From contig NC_068981.1 in assembly GCF_001194135.2 (NCBI RefSeq), forward strand, positions 130,565,803 to 130,629,802: a DNA stretch of 64,000 nucleotides, given 5' to 3'. The notes under the pieces were generated by a model, which worked only from the letters and a program-made list of their open reading frames with translations, was not told the origin of the DNA and ran no database searches. Below, piece by piece: positions 26,155 to 38,769 of this stretch; the first letter of the stretch is position 1; the number at the start of each line of letters is the position of its first letter. The position numbers and the translations under genes are program-made. Source of the stretch: Octopus bimaculoides. Its lineage: Eukaryota.

Positions 26155-26400
26155 TTATGTTTGACTTTTGTTTTGCATTTGTACAAGTTGGATCCAAGTC
26201 TCACCCAGAGACCTCAAGAGACAACAAGTTAGAAGTTCATGTAGGTGTTATGCCTAGGGTACCATATATTTGGATTTGTACAGTTTTGTTCAAGTGAATG
26301 TTTAAGAAACCATAAGAAAATTATGTGTTTGCTTTAAAATTTGAGATCACATAGACAGTATTTTACGTAGGATATGGGCAGTTCCCATGAGCACTATCTT
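26152..26400 (-). mobile_element. 3' end of an R4/Dong-like non-LTR retrotransposon in a (TAA)n array
   Basis: Minus strand reads KIVLMGTAHILRKILSM*, then about 190 nt of 3' UTR ending in AAACATAAAA(TAA)n; both flanks are TAA repeats. Confidence 0.65.
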
Positions 26401-26785
26401 ATTATTATTATTACTATTGTTATTATTATTAAGGTGACAAGCTGGCAGAATTGTTAGCACGCTGAGCAAAATGCTTAGTGGCATTTTGTCTGTTTTTATG
26501 TTCTGAGTTCAAATTCCGCTGACATCAACTTTGCGTTTTTTTTCCTTTTAGTGTTGGTAAATTAAGTATCAGTTGAGTACTGAGGTTGGTGTAATTGGCT
26601 TAACCCCTCCCCCAAAATGTCAGGCCTTGTGCCTATAGCAGAAAGGATTATTATTATTATTTACTTTTAATCTGCATGTTTGTTATAATCACTTGCCGAG
26701 ACACAGCCAGTGTCCTAGGGTGAGTGAAGGGTAAGAGATGTCACAATATGACTGAAAAATTAGGGAGGGGAAGTGGCAGGGCCAC

Positions 26786-26816
<31 letters not shown>

Positions 26817-27627
26817 CACCAAGATGTAAAGGATTGCATGCAGACACTTTCCTCTTCTTCATACCTTTGTCCATTTCTTGGTGTACCATTTGAAAAAGGA
26901 GTAGAAATGGAAGTGCTAATCTCTGGTGAATTTACTGAAAGGTGGATGAAATCAGATTAATATGAGTATGTACTTGTGGAAGCACATGGTCTAGTGGTTA
27001 GGCTGTTACACTCACAATCACTAGATTGTGGGTTCAATTCCCTGACTGGGCTGCACATTGTGTTCTTGACCAAAACATTTCATTTCATATTGCTCCAGTC
27101 CCCTTTTGTTCAGGGGGGAATGTTGGCCTGCTCACCTCACCAGTGGGGTGACATCATTTGAAGGCTAAAAAAGTGCAAAAACGCATTGTGATCAGTGATG
27201 TGTAACAACATCTGATAGCTTGGTTGATCACATGATCACGTGATATACCTGTAAGTCAGAGAACCTATTTGAAAGACGGCCCTTGTTCTTAGCGATAAAG
27301 ATAACCAAGGATTTCTGGGGTTCTGAATTAGCTCATGGTTTTTTATTTTCATTCTGTTTCTTATATTGATAAGGTGAAGTAAAAATATTTTATAAAATAT
27401 TAATGACATTGTTAATCTCTAAATCATTATCTTGTTAAATTTTAATGCCATCTAAGCTCTGTTGTAAATTCAACCATTTTGGTTAAAGTGAATAAATTTT
27501 TGAAGCTTAACTGCATTAGCTTTTACAGTTTATTTTCATCAACAATAGTTAATTTATCTGCATTTATTTATTAACTACCAATAAACCACATTTAGTGAGG
27601 AAACAAAAGAATAATTATATTTTAGAT

Positions 27628-27794
27628 CAGTGTTCCACAGACCTTTTTCACTTACCGTACACTTATATTTTTGGTTCAAGTGTGCTGCCGAATTTTGAAA
27701 AGAATATAACTCAAAGTATAGGGACAAAATTGTATTCAGGTTACACTGTGGCACACCTAGTATCATTGTGTGGCACACCAGTTGCGGAGCACTG
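27628..27794. mobile_element. hAT-type MITE
   Basis: TIRs CAGTGTTCC / GGAGCACTG with a perfect 8-bp TSD TTTTAGAT (27620-27627, 27795-27802). Confidence 0.85.
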
Positions 27795-30700
27795 TTTTAG
27801 ATCTTCTTTTCTTTGGTATTGTTCCTGATTTAAAAAATACATCTCTTTAGATGACTATTATATATAAAACATTTATATCTAACAGTTTGCAGCAGTTGTG
27901 AAAATTTCATTTAATATAATGTTTTTTTTTGGTGTGGGGGTGGGGGAGATATAATAGAGGTTTCAAAGAAAAAGTATAGTAATTCTCAAAAGCTAGTAAG
28001 ATCAATTCTCTAAGGACTTTTAACTCTTTAACATTCAGATTACTATGTCAAATGTGATGCTTATGTATTCAGTGTTTTGAATTATTCATGCATTATCTCA
28101 TTGCTTTGAGATTTTGAAGTTGACTTGATTTTTAGAATGACATTATAGGGTAGTTGTGAGAGGCCAGGTCTAGCTGATTTGACCATACATGTGGAATATT
28201 TGGGCAGGATATGGACAGTTTAAATACCAATAGATTAAAATAGATTGTGTTAATGTTGAAACAAGTTTTCCAATGAAATCCTGCTCTCTTAAATTACATA
28301 TCATTTCAGTTTAGTCTCTCATATTTGAGTCATTTTATAACAATGTTAAGAGCTTATTTAGTGATATTAACTTGATTCCTTCTGTATCTTTACTTCACCA
28401 GTTACTGTTACTAATAAATAATCGACTAGTTTCTCCTGTCTTGTTTGATTTAGTTGAATCATCATCATGAGACAGTCATTTCAACAAGCCCAGCCTTAAC
28501 TGTCTTGTTAATTTCAAGCTGAAAATAATTTTGTTTTATATTTTATTTTACAACTTGAATTTGTTAATTTAGACATTTAATAGTTTGATTTTTCTAACTT
28601 TTTTCTACCAATCAACTTATGTTAAATTTTTTTTTTTTATATTCTTTCTTTTCTTTTTCTTTGAGGTTCCCATTGTAAGTATGAGTCTCTTCCTTGTTCC
28701 TTTTTCAGTGTGAATGATCCTTGACGTTCATCTGAAGCTTGTCACTCACTAGTTATATTTTTGCTACTACTGACCTTCTATTCACTTTCTCTTCTGATTG
28801 TCGTGGTAGGCTTGTTGTAATACTAAGTGTGCGAATAGGTTTATAAAGTTTACTACATTAGTTATAAACTCCTGTTTATACTGTAGAAAAAAAGAGAATA
28901 AAAATAAAAGAGAAAAATAGTCGCCATCTGTCTGTTGATTGCTGAATGTTTAGTTTTAACTGTGATGCTAACACCAGATAGAATCTGTTAGTCATTCCAT
29001 TGGGTAGCGTATATTGAAGGAAACAGGTTAATTCTCTGTTAAGGTACAGTTCAATAAAATACAACTTGTTTGTGTTCAGTAATATTTCTAAAATATTCTA
29101 GATATGGTGATGAAGTCTGATGTCGAAGATTGCACACTATAGCATTGTTCATTCAGAAATTCAGGAAAAAGAAAACAAAAACAAAATGGTTTTTGCATTA
29201 AATTTGGCAGCTTATAAGTGAAGAAACTGGTGTGTTGTGTGAATTTTGATGGCTAATAGGATTGTGTAAACCATAAATGTTATTTAATACTGTTGTCAGC
29301 AACAATAATAATTATTGAATCTGATTTATATAACCTCACTAAGCAGTGAGTATTGTCACAAACTTATGGTTTGCTGCTGTGGTGGTTTTTGATGGTGTTT
29401 ACCTAATTTATGATTATTTTCTGCTATGGCATAATTAGGACCTCATTACGTACAAAGTGGTGAAGTGACAGAGTTGTTAGAGCATTGGATTAAATGCTGC
29501 ACAGTATTTATTCTGAATCTCTGCACTCTGAGATCAAATTGTTAGAATACTTTGTGTATATTATATAAGTATAATCAATTTATTGCAGATAAATTTTTAC
29601 AACAAAATCTTGTATGAATCCCCAAGAGCCATATGGACTCCAGTTGAGAACCACTGTTCAGGAGTAAATAAAAAAGTTACCAATCCTGGATAGAGGAGTG
29701 GTGAAACTTTGAGAATGTTGGACTTGGATGTCTTTTAGTGTATTTATTCTGGCTATGTGTGTTCTGAAACAAATTCCACTTAGGTGCCTAAAATGCAACT
29801 TCACCAACCCACAGTCTTAGTATGATGAGTAAGGTGAATCCTTGAAACAAAACGCCAGCACTAAATAGATATAACTAAATGGAGTTGAGAGAGGGGTTCC
29901 TTTCACTGGAGAGACGTGCCCTAGTGAAGGAATGAAGTAAAAATCTTAACTTTGAAGAAATAAAGATTTTGTTTCATGATTATTTGAAATAAACACGCAT
30001 CGAATGTATTCTAGGTTTATGGAAACCAATTTTCTGGTTTTCCCTAAACCTTAGAGTTCAATATTTATCATAACCTGCAGATATTTTTTTAACATCTAAC
30101 CTTGCTTCTTTTTAGTAAACTATTTGGTAATATCTTCTATTGTCTTTCTGTATTCCAGTTATAACATACCTTCAGTTGACTTCAGTTTTGTTTGCCAATT
30201 TTACATTTAAGATTGTATTATTTTATAGCTGGCACCAAATTTAACAGAGAAAATTAAAACTGACAGATTTATAAAATTTGGTTCTTGAATGAATTAAGCT
30301 CATAGGCTTCATCAATCTCTTTGTTTTTTTTTTTGTATGATCTACTTAATATTCCATGTTTTTTATGTGTACCATTTTGAAATTGTTAGATTGCATACCC
30401 CTCTTCCCCCACACACGCACACACACACATTTTGCATGTGTTTGCATTTCAATGAAGAATTTTCAAATAAAGATTACTTTTTTTATTATTGAGATGATTC
30501 TGTAAGGAGGACAAATGTCTAGATTCTCAATGTTAATTATTAATATTTCAGTGATTTTTACCTACACTACAACTTTGTTTAAAATGTATGTTATTTATAT
30601 ATGGGCAAGGAACATTAATTTATATCTAGTTTTATATAGTGTACATTGAAATATGTACTTTAGTTTTGATATTCATTTGTAAACACTACTTATGTTTCTA

Positions 30701-33700
30701 TGTGTAAAATATTTTATAAAAAGGGTTGCCTTGCTATTTCAATTTGAATTTTACTTTTCTGTCTCTATTTATTTGTGCATTTCCAGTCTACAATACTTGA
30801 GTGTGTGCACATATGTAAACATATACTTGGATGCAACAACAACATATTCATATATAAACAAACATATTTGTTTTTTTTTAGAAGCATCGAAATTGTATCA
30901 TATTATTCAGACAAGCAAGTAATATTTTGAATGCAGAAAAATTGGGTATTACTACCCTTGTAAGATAGAAAAAAGTTGTCAACAAGCAACCATGGGCTAA
31001 GAATATAAAACAGTCCTGTGGCTGTTTGTTGGCAATGTTTTTCTGTCTTGGAATTTTTCTGCTGTTTTCATGGAGATACTGTGTTTGAAATATTACTTTC
31101 TTGTCTGTATAATACGATATACTTGAATGTATTTATTATATGACACAAACATAGAGCACTTATATTCAAAACTCTGTGTTTCTTGAAAACAATTTATTTT
31201 CTATCAGTCTTCAGCTGCTGCCATCAGTGTAACAAATAAATTAGTGTCAAGAAACTCAGTCCTGAATGTAAAGTACTCCTTGATTGCATCATTTAATGAA
31301 TTCACCCCTCTATTTCCAATGATACTGAGGTCTTTTATTATCAAATATATGGTTTGTTGATAAACTTGAATACACACCCACAAAAAAGCATATTCATTGT
31401 TAGACTTTCTTTGCTTATGACTTCATTGTTCTAGTTGGTTATAATAGATGTTATTACTGAATTTTTTTTTTAATCTTCTAATTTGAAAGATTTTAGTGAA
31501 TCCATTCAGTTACTTCACATAATCATAAAAGATAAATTTACTGTCGTAATTTTCTAGAGAAGAAAATTAACATAGAGGGCATCTAAGACTTCAACACATT
31601 CTGCAATTTCTTTTTTTATCTCTTTTACTGTGAATGAATTTTCAAAATTCAATTGAAATTCATGTTTCAGTCATATAAGAGAGAGTGAGAGTGTGTGTGT
31701 TTGTGCATACTAATTGTGGTAACTGCAGTATGCCTGGCCAAGAATATGAAATACTTTTGGTTATCGGTAAGAGGGACATTTAGCCAAGAACCAGTCCACT
31801 ATCATGGATGTACAGCAATTTGAGAAAATCTGTCAAGAAAATCAACATCAAATGATTTCCAAAATTTTCATGTTTTGTTCAGTGGAGCTCTAAGCATGTT
31901 TATCTCATATGCTTGTTTAGCTATTGTTGTTTAAACCCTAGTCAAACTTGGTCAAGGAGATTTGTGATCATACCACCTCTTATGTATTCAAGACTCCGTT
32001 GTCAAATATCTTTTTCAGTCATTAGACTGTGGCCATGCTGGGGCACTGCCTTGAAGAATTTTTAGTTGAATTGATCCGAGTACATTTTGTTGAGCACGGT
32101 ACTTATACTATCAGCCTCTCTTGTCAAGTTGCTAAGTTATGAGGAACTAATGCTACTAAGTTATGAGGATGTAAACACACCAACATTGGTTGTCAAGTGG
32201 TGGTGGGGGTACAAACACAGATACACACATACAGTGGGCTTCTTTTAGTTTCCTTCTACCAAATTCATTCACAAGGCTTTGGTCAGCTCAAGGCTATAGT
32301 AGAACACTCCCAGTGGGACAGAACCTAGAACTATGTGGTTGGGAGGCAAGCTTTTTACCACATAGCCATGCTTTTTTTTTTTTTTAAGACAATACAATAA
32401 GTAAGAATTTTAACTGCTGTTTCTAGTTGAGTAACCCCATGTAGGTTCCTTCATTGGCTCAGTTGCTTATCATGTTACGAGAAATGTAACTTAGTTGGTA
32501 GCAGAGATAGTGTTTATAATTTGTGGAGATTCTTGTCAGGAGGAAGGTAGCATTAGGATGGATAAGTGGAATTATGAAGAAGTGGACATTTGCGATTGGC
32601 AAAATCTCAAAGCTAACAAAGAGCATTTGTTGCCTTTCTGAAGATGAAAATATTGAGTTTATTCTAGGATAGAAAAATGTGAAAGAGAAACTAATTACAG
32701 GTGTCAGATATAGAAATATGTACGACATGGCATGGCTGTGTGGCTAAGAAGTTTCCTTCCCAATCATGTGATCTTGGGTTCAGTCCCATTGTGTAGCACC
32801 TTGACCAATTGTCTTGTTATATTTCCAGGCCAACCAAAGCCTTGAGTGGATTTGGTTAATGGAAACTAAAAGAAGGCCATTGTGTGTGTGTAAATAATGT
32901 GCATGTATTTGTCCCCCATCACTGATTGACAACCAGCGTTGGTTTGTTTACACCCCCATAAATTAGCAGTTTGGCAAAAGAGACCAATACAATAAGTACT
33001 AGGCTTAAAAAGTAGTTAAACAAATTTACTGGGGTAAATCTATTTGATTAGACCTTTGAAGGTGGTGCCCCAGCATGGCTGCAGTCCAATGACTGAAACA
33101 CAGGATAACAGATAAGGGCTCTCTGGTCAGCTCTGTTTGACTTGCAATGCAGAGGTAGCTGATTCAGCATTTGGATAGTAAGAGTATATTATGTTTATTT
33201 TACTATTGAATCTGCTTTTGAAAAGAATTTGGTAGAATCTGTAATGTAGGAAGGAGATAGTAACAAGCACAGATGAGTTGAGATAAGTTTGTAAAATTTC
33301 ATGTAGTGCTTCCGGTTCCTATCTGGAAAATGTTAGAGAAAGAAGTTTTACTGCTTAGAACCATTGTTTTAAAGCAATTTTCCATTGAAGTTATTTCTTA
33401 TACACTTTGATGTAAGCTGACAATGGGAGGTTTTCTGGGGAGTTAGGAGATACCTGGTTTTATTATCTGTAATGAATGAGACTATTGGTTAAACCAGTTC
33501 TGTGAAATGGAAGAGGTAGGTTATTTTCTCTTCTGAAATGTGTAAGTGTGTAATGTTTATAATTTGTGTTAAATATTAAAAAAAACAACAGAAAACAAAA
33601 TTATATTTGTCATCTCTCTGTGTTGGATAATGTTGAGAGATGATGTTATATATACATACACACACAAACAGACTGGCTGCTTATTTCTCTAGGATTGGTC

Positions 33701-33826
33701 AAATTGATGTAGACACCTCTGATGAGAATCCAATAAGGTTTGAAAATCAAGGCTGTTCACCATGTTTTTTAATTAACAGAGAAACAGCTCAATTAGCTCT
33801 GTTTATATAGGTCACACACACAAATT

Positions 33827-33867
<41 letters not shown>

Positions 33868-34918
33868 GCATATATTTATATGTACATACAAACAAAGAGA
33901 TCATCATCAACGTCCATGTTCCATGCTGGCATGGGTTGGATGGTTTAACAGGATTTGATGGGTCTAAGGACTGCATTGTGGGTCAAAGCTGACATTGGAA
34001 CATGTACATTAAACGATGACGTTTATTTAATATATAGATACACGTATAGGTATGATCTAGGGATCTGAGCGTAGGATGTTAGTTAGCGTCAAGCAATATG
34101 CAATTAGTATAGGGAACAAAAAGTGGACAGTATACAATAAAATAAAAATTTATTAAGATTGTAAGTTATACACTTTTACCCATATTGAAATTATGAAGAA
34201 TTTTGATAAGCTGATTGTTTCCTGTTTCCGTACAACTCACAGTTAGGAACTAATGCTACTAAGAATGTGAAAAAAAATCCAGGATTTATAAGGAGTGGAG
34301 TAGGTAGAATATAGGCTACATATGTTTCTTAACTAACTGAAGTTCATTATAAATAAACAATGGGTCTAATGATTCATTGTTTATTTCTTGCAGCATGTAA
34401 ACTTCATGATGGTATTTTTGGCCTGATTACTAACTACGCTCAGGAGAGTTCATTGTGTAATATGTACATAGTGGACTTCAGCTAGTTAAGAAACATATGT
34501 TGTATATATTCTACCTATTCTTCTTACAAATTTTGTATATATATATATATATATACACACACATATATGTATGTGTATATATATATATATATATATGTAT
34601 AAAATTTAATAATAAGGGTAGAAATTGATATTAATCAATTAAAACCAGTGGTCTAGCATATTTAAAAAAAATCCGAAGATTAAAATATTACATACAAAAA
34701 TAAGAGGAATGACCCACTTTTGCTGGTCATTCTTCTTATTTTTGTATGTTATATATATATATATATATATATATGTGTATATAAAGAAGATCACATGTAA
34801 TACGTCTACTAAGACCGAATTGTTCTCAAAGAAAACTTTAGTGAAGCAACAAAACGTATATGGGCAAGACAAGTGAAAACTAGTATACGATTCTGGGAAT
34901 TATATTTCTTTGGCAGTC

Positions 34919-34978
34919 CGTACTGATGAGAAACAGATATTTGCGGTAAGGAAATATTAACTTCGAAACCGGTCTGTG
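34919..34978 (+). ncRNA. Minimal type I hammerhead ribozyme-like motif with intact core
   Basis: CGTA-CTGATGA-GAA..atattt/aaatat..TTC-GAAAC-CG-GTC-TGTG; palindromic ACCGGT stem III; stem I has 4 bp with 2 G-U. Confidence 0.55.
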
Positions 34979-35247
34979 TATTTATGTAATTTTCACTTGT
35001 CTTGCCCGTATACGTTTTGCTGCTTCGCTAAATTTTTGAGAACAATTCAGACGCATTACATGTGATCTTCTTCTAGCACATTAACAGTCCACCTAGTGGT
35101 CTCCTTTATATATACATATACAATAATCCTTTGAGATCTCAGATATTTTTTCTGAATCTCCTTGATTCTTTCAATGTGCTTGTTCCCCTGGTATTAAATT
35201 GATTTTAATTAATATCCACTTTTTTTACCCTACTGTTTTAATTTAAT

Positions 35248-35281
<34 letters not shown>

Positions 35282-36119
35282 GAGCAAGTAGATGCCTTTA
35301 CAAGGTATATTGCCAGGAAACCATTTCACTTGGTACAGAAATGACTTCTGAAAAGAAACTTAAGGAAGTCATTTACAAAAAATTAAGTGAAATTGAAGCA
35401 ATTTCTAAGGGCAACCAAAGTCATTTTCAAAAATCATAAGGAGTAAAGTCTATATCATCTCAAAGTCTATTTTATTTGAAACCTTGATGTAAATTGATGT
35501 TATCATGATGCTAGCAATATTCACTTATTGTAAAGTTTTAATATTTTTGTAAATATGACTGCAAGATTTTTATGTAGAAAGATTCACTAGTCTTGATGGT
35601 ACAAGTATTATATAGTCTTTAGACAAAGGAATTATTGTAGTTTGAGACTTGTTTCCACCAGGATATTCTTAAATTCTTAGCTTTTCTAGTTTTTCATTCC
35701 CATAGTGCATGTTAAATTTAGTTTCAATTGCACAACCACCCTTGCCTGCTTGATATCCCTTCTATGAAATATCACTCCAACTGCAATATTCTTAATAAAC
35801 TGAGATTGTTGGTTTACTTTGAGTTTTTTTCCCCCTCACCCAAATTTAATTACCATGCTTTTTCGTTTTTGCTGTATTTTGGACCTGAAAAGAAACTCAA
35901 TCTTTTTATTTGTCTCAAGTTTATCAAAATGAATTTATACAACACACACCTTTTAATTTCAGACTGAAAAAAATATTTTTAGTTTAATAAAAAAATAACA
36001 GTTTTTTTAAAAATAAACTTGACTGCCCCAGCATAGCCACAGCTCATGAGCTGAAACCAGATAAAATGAAAAAATAAAATAAAATAAAATAAAATATATA
36101 TACTGATGTTGTTCTAGAT

Positions 36120-36150
<31 letters not shown>

Positions 36151-36261
36151 CATACACACTTGTTTTTGTTTCCCTCGTATATTTTAATTCAATTTTGATT
36201 TAATAATATATATATATATAAAAAAAAAAATTAACTTTTTATTTTTCGTTTCTATTTTTAG

Positions 36262-36362
36262 TTCCTGCATTGATACCATCTCGTAGTGTGTCAACTTGCA
36301 GTGATTTTAGCCTTGCAAGCACCAGGAGTCCTACCACTGAGGAAGATGCGGTTGAATGTTAG
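36262..36362 (+). CDS. NDRG: NDRG terminal coding exon (most likely)
   Basis: T-rich tract then ttttag|TT; phase 1 joins to give (I)PALIPSRSVSTCSDFSLASTRSPTTEEDAVEC*. Ser/Thr-rich tail ending in Cys like NDRG C-termini (..MEVSC), followed by a repeat-poor 2.2 kb stretch and AATAAA at 38537. Confidence 0.8.
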
Positions 36363-38536
36363 AGAAGTCTTATATATCATTGAACTGGCTTTAAATCTCT
36401 CTGCCAGGCAACTCAAATAACCCACTTGAAATAACTGTTCATATAACTATGATGCAAACTAACAAACTTCTTCCCTACTCCTTCCCCCACCCTATCTTAT
36501 TTTTTGCAGCTCAGACTATCACCTGTGAGCATAAGTAGTTTCTCTTTCCTTTCCCCCACTCTTGTTAGGCTTTTTATACTTTTGATTACTTTCATTTTCA
36601 GAAAGCTCACTTTATATATTATTGCTACGGTTTATAAATTACCATGTTTAAATACCATATTTTCTAAGTCACCAGCCATTTCATTTTGCTGATTTTTTTT
36701 TTCTGTTGTTTAATCTAATTAGCAATTCCCTATAACTATTTTGATACTTTCTGAAAAAAAATTATAAAAAAATATTTTTTTTTTTTTAAATAAAGGAATT
36801 GCATTTGAATGTCTGCATCACTTCATCCTTTTTAGCAGCCATCAAGGTTGACTAATTGAAGCTTTCTTTTTGGTCCATACTTGCTCTTTTTTTCCGCACC
36901 ATTTCTCACAAAGATGACAAACTATGTGCTTTTGCTTTCCTTCAAAGAGTTAAGTGAAATTGCAGTATCCAAGTAGTTGTATGTCTAGAACAGAACCACT
37001 TACTCCATAACATTCTACTAAAGCTGAAAATATGAAGATATGTAGTTAGAATATGAAATCTGATACTGCATTTTGCTCTAAGTGTTCCCTTTTTGTCATC
37101 TTCAGCATTCCAAACATTTGTGAGTATATCCAGTCCCTACACTGCCGGTCTTCTAAATTTTCTCTTGTGACTCATTAAATTAGTCGCAAGTCATCAAAAT
37201 ATAAGCGATATCCTCTACAAGACACTCGATGTGGGTCTTCCTTCATGCCATTAAGTAGCATACTTTATTCACATCAAATAAAAGATATGAACAATGAAAA
37301 TGGATATTGCTGAGGGGGTCAGTTATGATTGGAAGATGGGTAGGCAATCGGTAAATGCTGCAATCATTAACTTGTATGTTATTAGGACTCAAACATATTA
37401 AACGAAATCTATGTAAAATGGGACAAATAATTCCCCCACTTTGTAATCTCTCCTTTGCTTATTAGCGTACTTGAGCAATGTAATTGATACTGCTGTTGCC
37501 ATCTCCAGAAACATAAGAACTCTTGTATATGAGCTAGAAGTGGATTCCCCCTAAGTATCTAGCCAGCTGCTGTAGATGGTACTAAAGTATCTGGTTTACA
37601 ATTTTCCTCATATCATGCAATTGTTCTATTCTGTTTGTATTATAAGAAAGGTTTGGAGTTGGTAGAGATTAGTATTAGTTAATAGGTTTTCATAGAGAGT
37701 GCATTTGAACTAGTCTGCTCTAATTCCTGTATTGCTTTAAGTGGATGCGGAGCTTCAGTAGCTGCCCTAGTAGATTTGATCTTGTCATTCTAGTAAGAAA
37801 TAATATTTTATTTTTATGGCAGAAGTTAAGACTAGATATGTTGAGAGACAATTGGACTGGGCTTGACAAGAGTTTCTTGCTGAACCTCTTTTGAAGGAGA
37901 TTGTGCTTAGCTTCTAATACTGGCTGATTAATTTTTTTTTTAAAACCACTTTTGTTCTGTTACTGCTGTTCTTTGAGCAGCCATTCTGATACCATCCAAT
38001 GAAAGTTGCTGTACTGCTAAAAAGTATTGGACATTTAGATTCCTTGTTTAGCTAGTGCCACAACTATAAAAGTTTTGGTCAAAATCCAACTTACCTTCTA
38101 GTAAAGGTGAGCAGTATGAAAGATTTTCCACCCTCCTCCTTTGCCTATCAAAGCTTCAACTGGATAGGAAAGTTGATATGGGTTTACTTGCTAATCACCA
38201 CCTAGAATGTTTTCAGTAACAATACATTCCATTTCTTGCTTAAAAACCAAATTATCTGTTCTTAATAATGATCCATGCCTTGTTTTCCATATCCCATCAG
38301 CTAGACTGTAGTTACTCAACTATTATCTAGACTCCTGTATATATATATCTATATTGGTTTGTTATTTGTTTGTTAGTTTTTTTCCTGTTTTGTTTGGACA
38401 GAGCATCTCAGTATATAGATGCCCTTACGACTGCTCCTAGACAGTCTTTGTTTTTTACAGAAAGAATTTAAAAAGAATAACCATTCAATTGTATATACAC
38501 TGTTCTAGCTCGCTGTTATTTTGTAATATATCTTCG

Positions 38537-38542
38537 AATAAA
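38537..38542 (+). terminator. candidate polyadenylation signal for NDRG
   Basis: AATAAA followed by a U/GU-rich tract (gttgttttctttatttttgttgttct) at the end of a SINE-free 3' UTR-like region. Confidence 0.5.
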
Positions 38543-38763
38543 GAGTTGTTTTCTTTATTTTTGTTGTTCTATAGTATATATTTCATCCAAGGCTTTTTTT
38601 TTTTACTCATACATTATAAACTAATAATATATAAAATTATGTGGAATCGTTGAGAAAATGTAATACCTATTATAGCTGAATTGAAAGCATAGTGAAGCAA
38701 AATGGAGATGAGACATGAGAGAGAGAGAGAGAGAAAAAAAATGTATACATGTTTCAATGAGCA

Positions 38764-38769
38764 TTTATT
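38764..38769 (-). terminator. candidate polyadenylation signal for the LDLRAD4-like gene
   Basis: tttatt on + = AATAAA on -, about 1 kb after the stop at 39763, with a downstream (minus-strand) U/CU-rich tract near 38717-38740; alternative site at 38554-38559. Confidence 0.45.

Noticed and set aside
28454-28470. Other phase-1 acceptors giving short NDRG tails (IESSS* at 28454; NMVMKSDVEDCTL* near 29103)
   Set aside because: Weaker pyrimidine tracts than 28708; such matches are expected by chance in AT-rich DNA.
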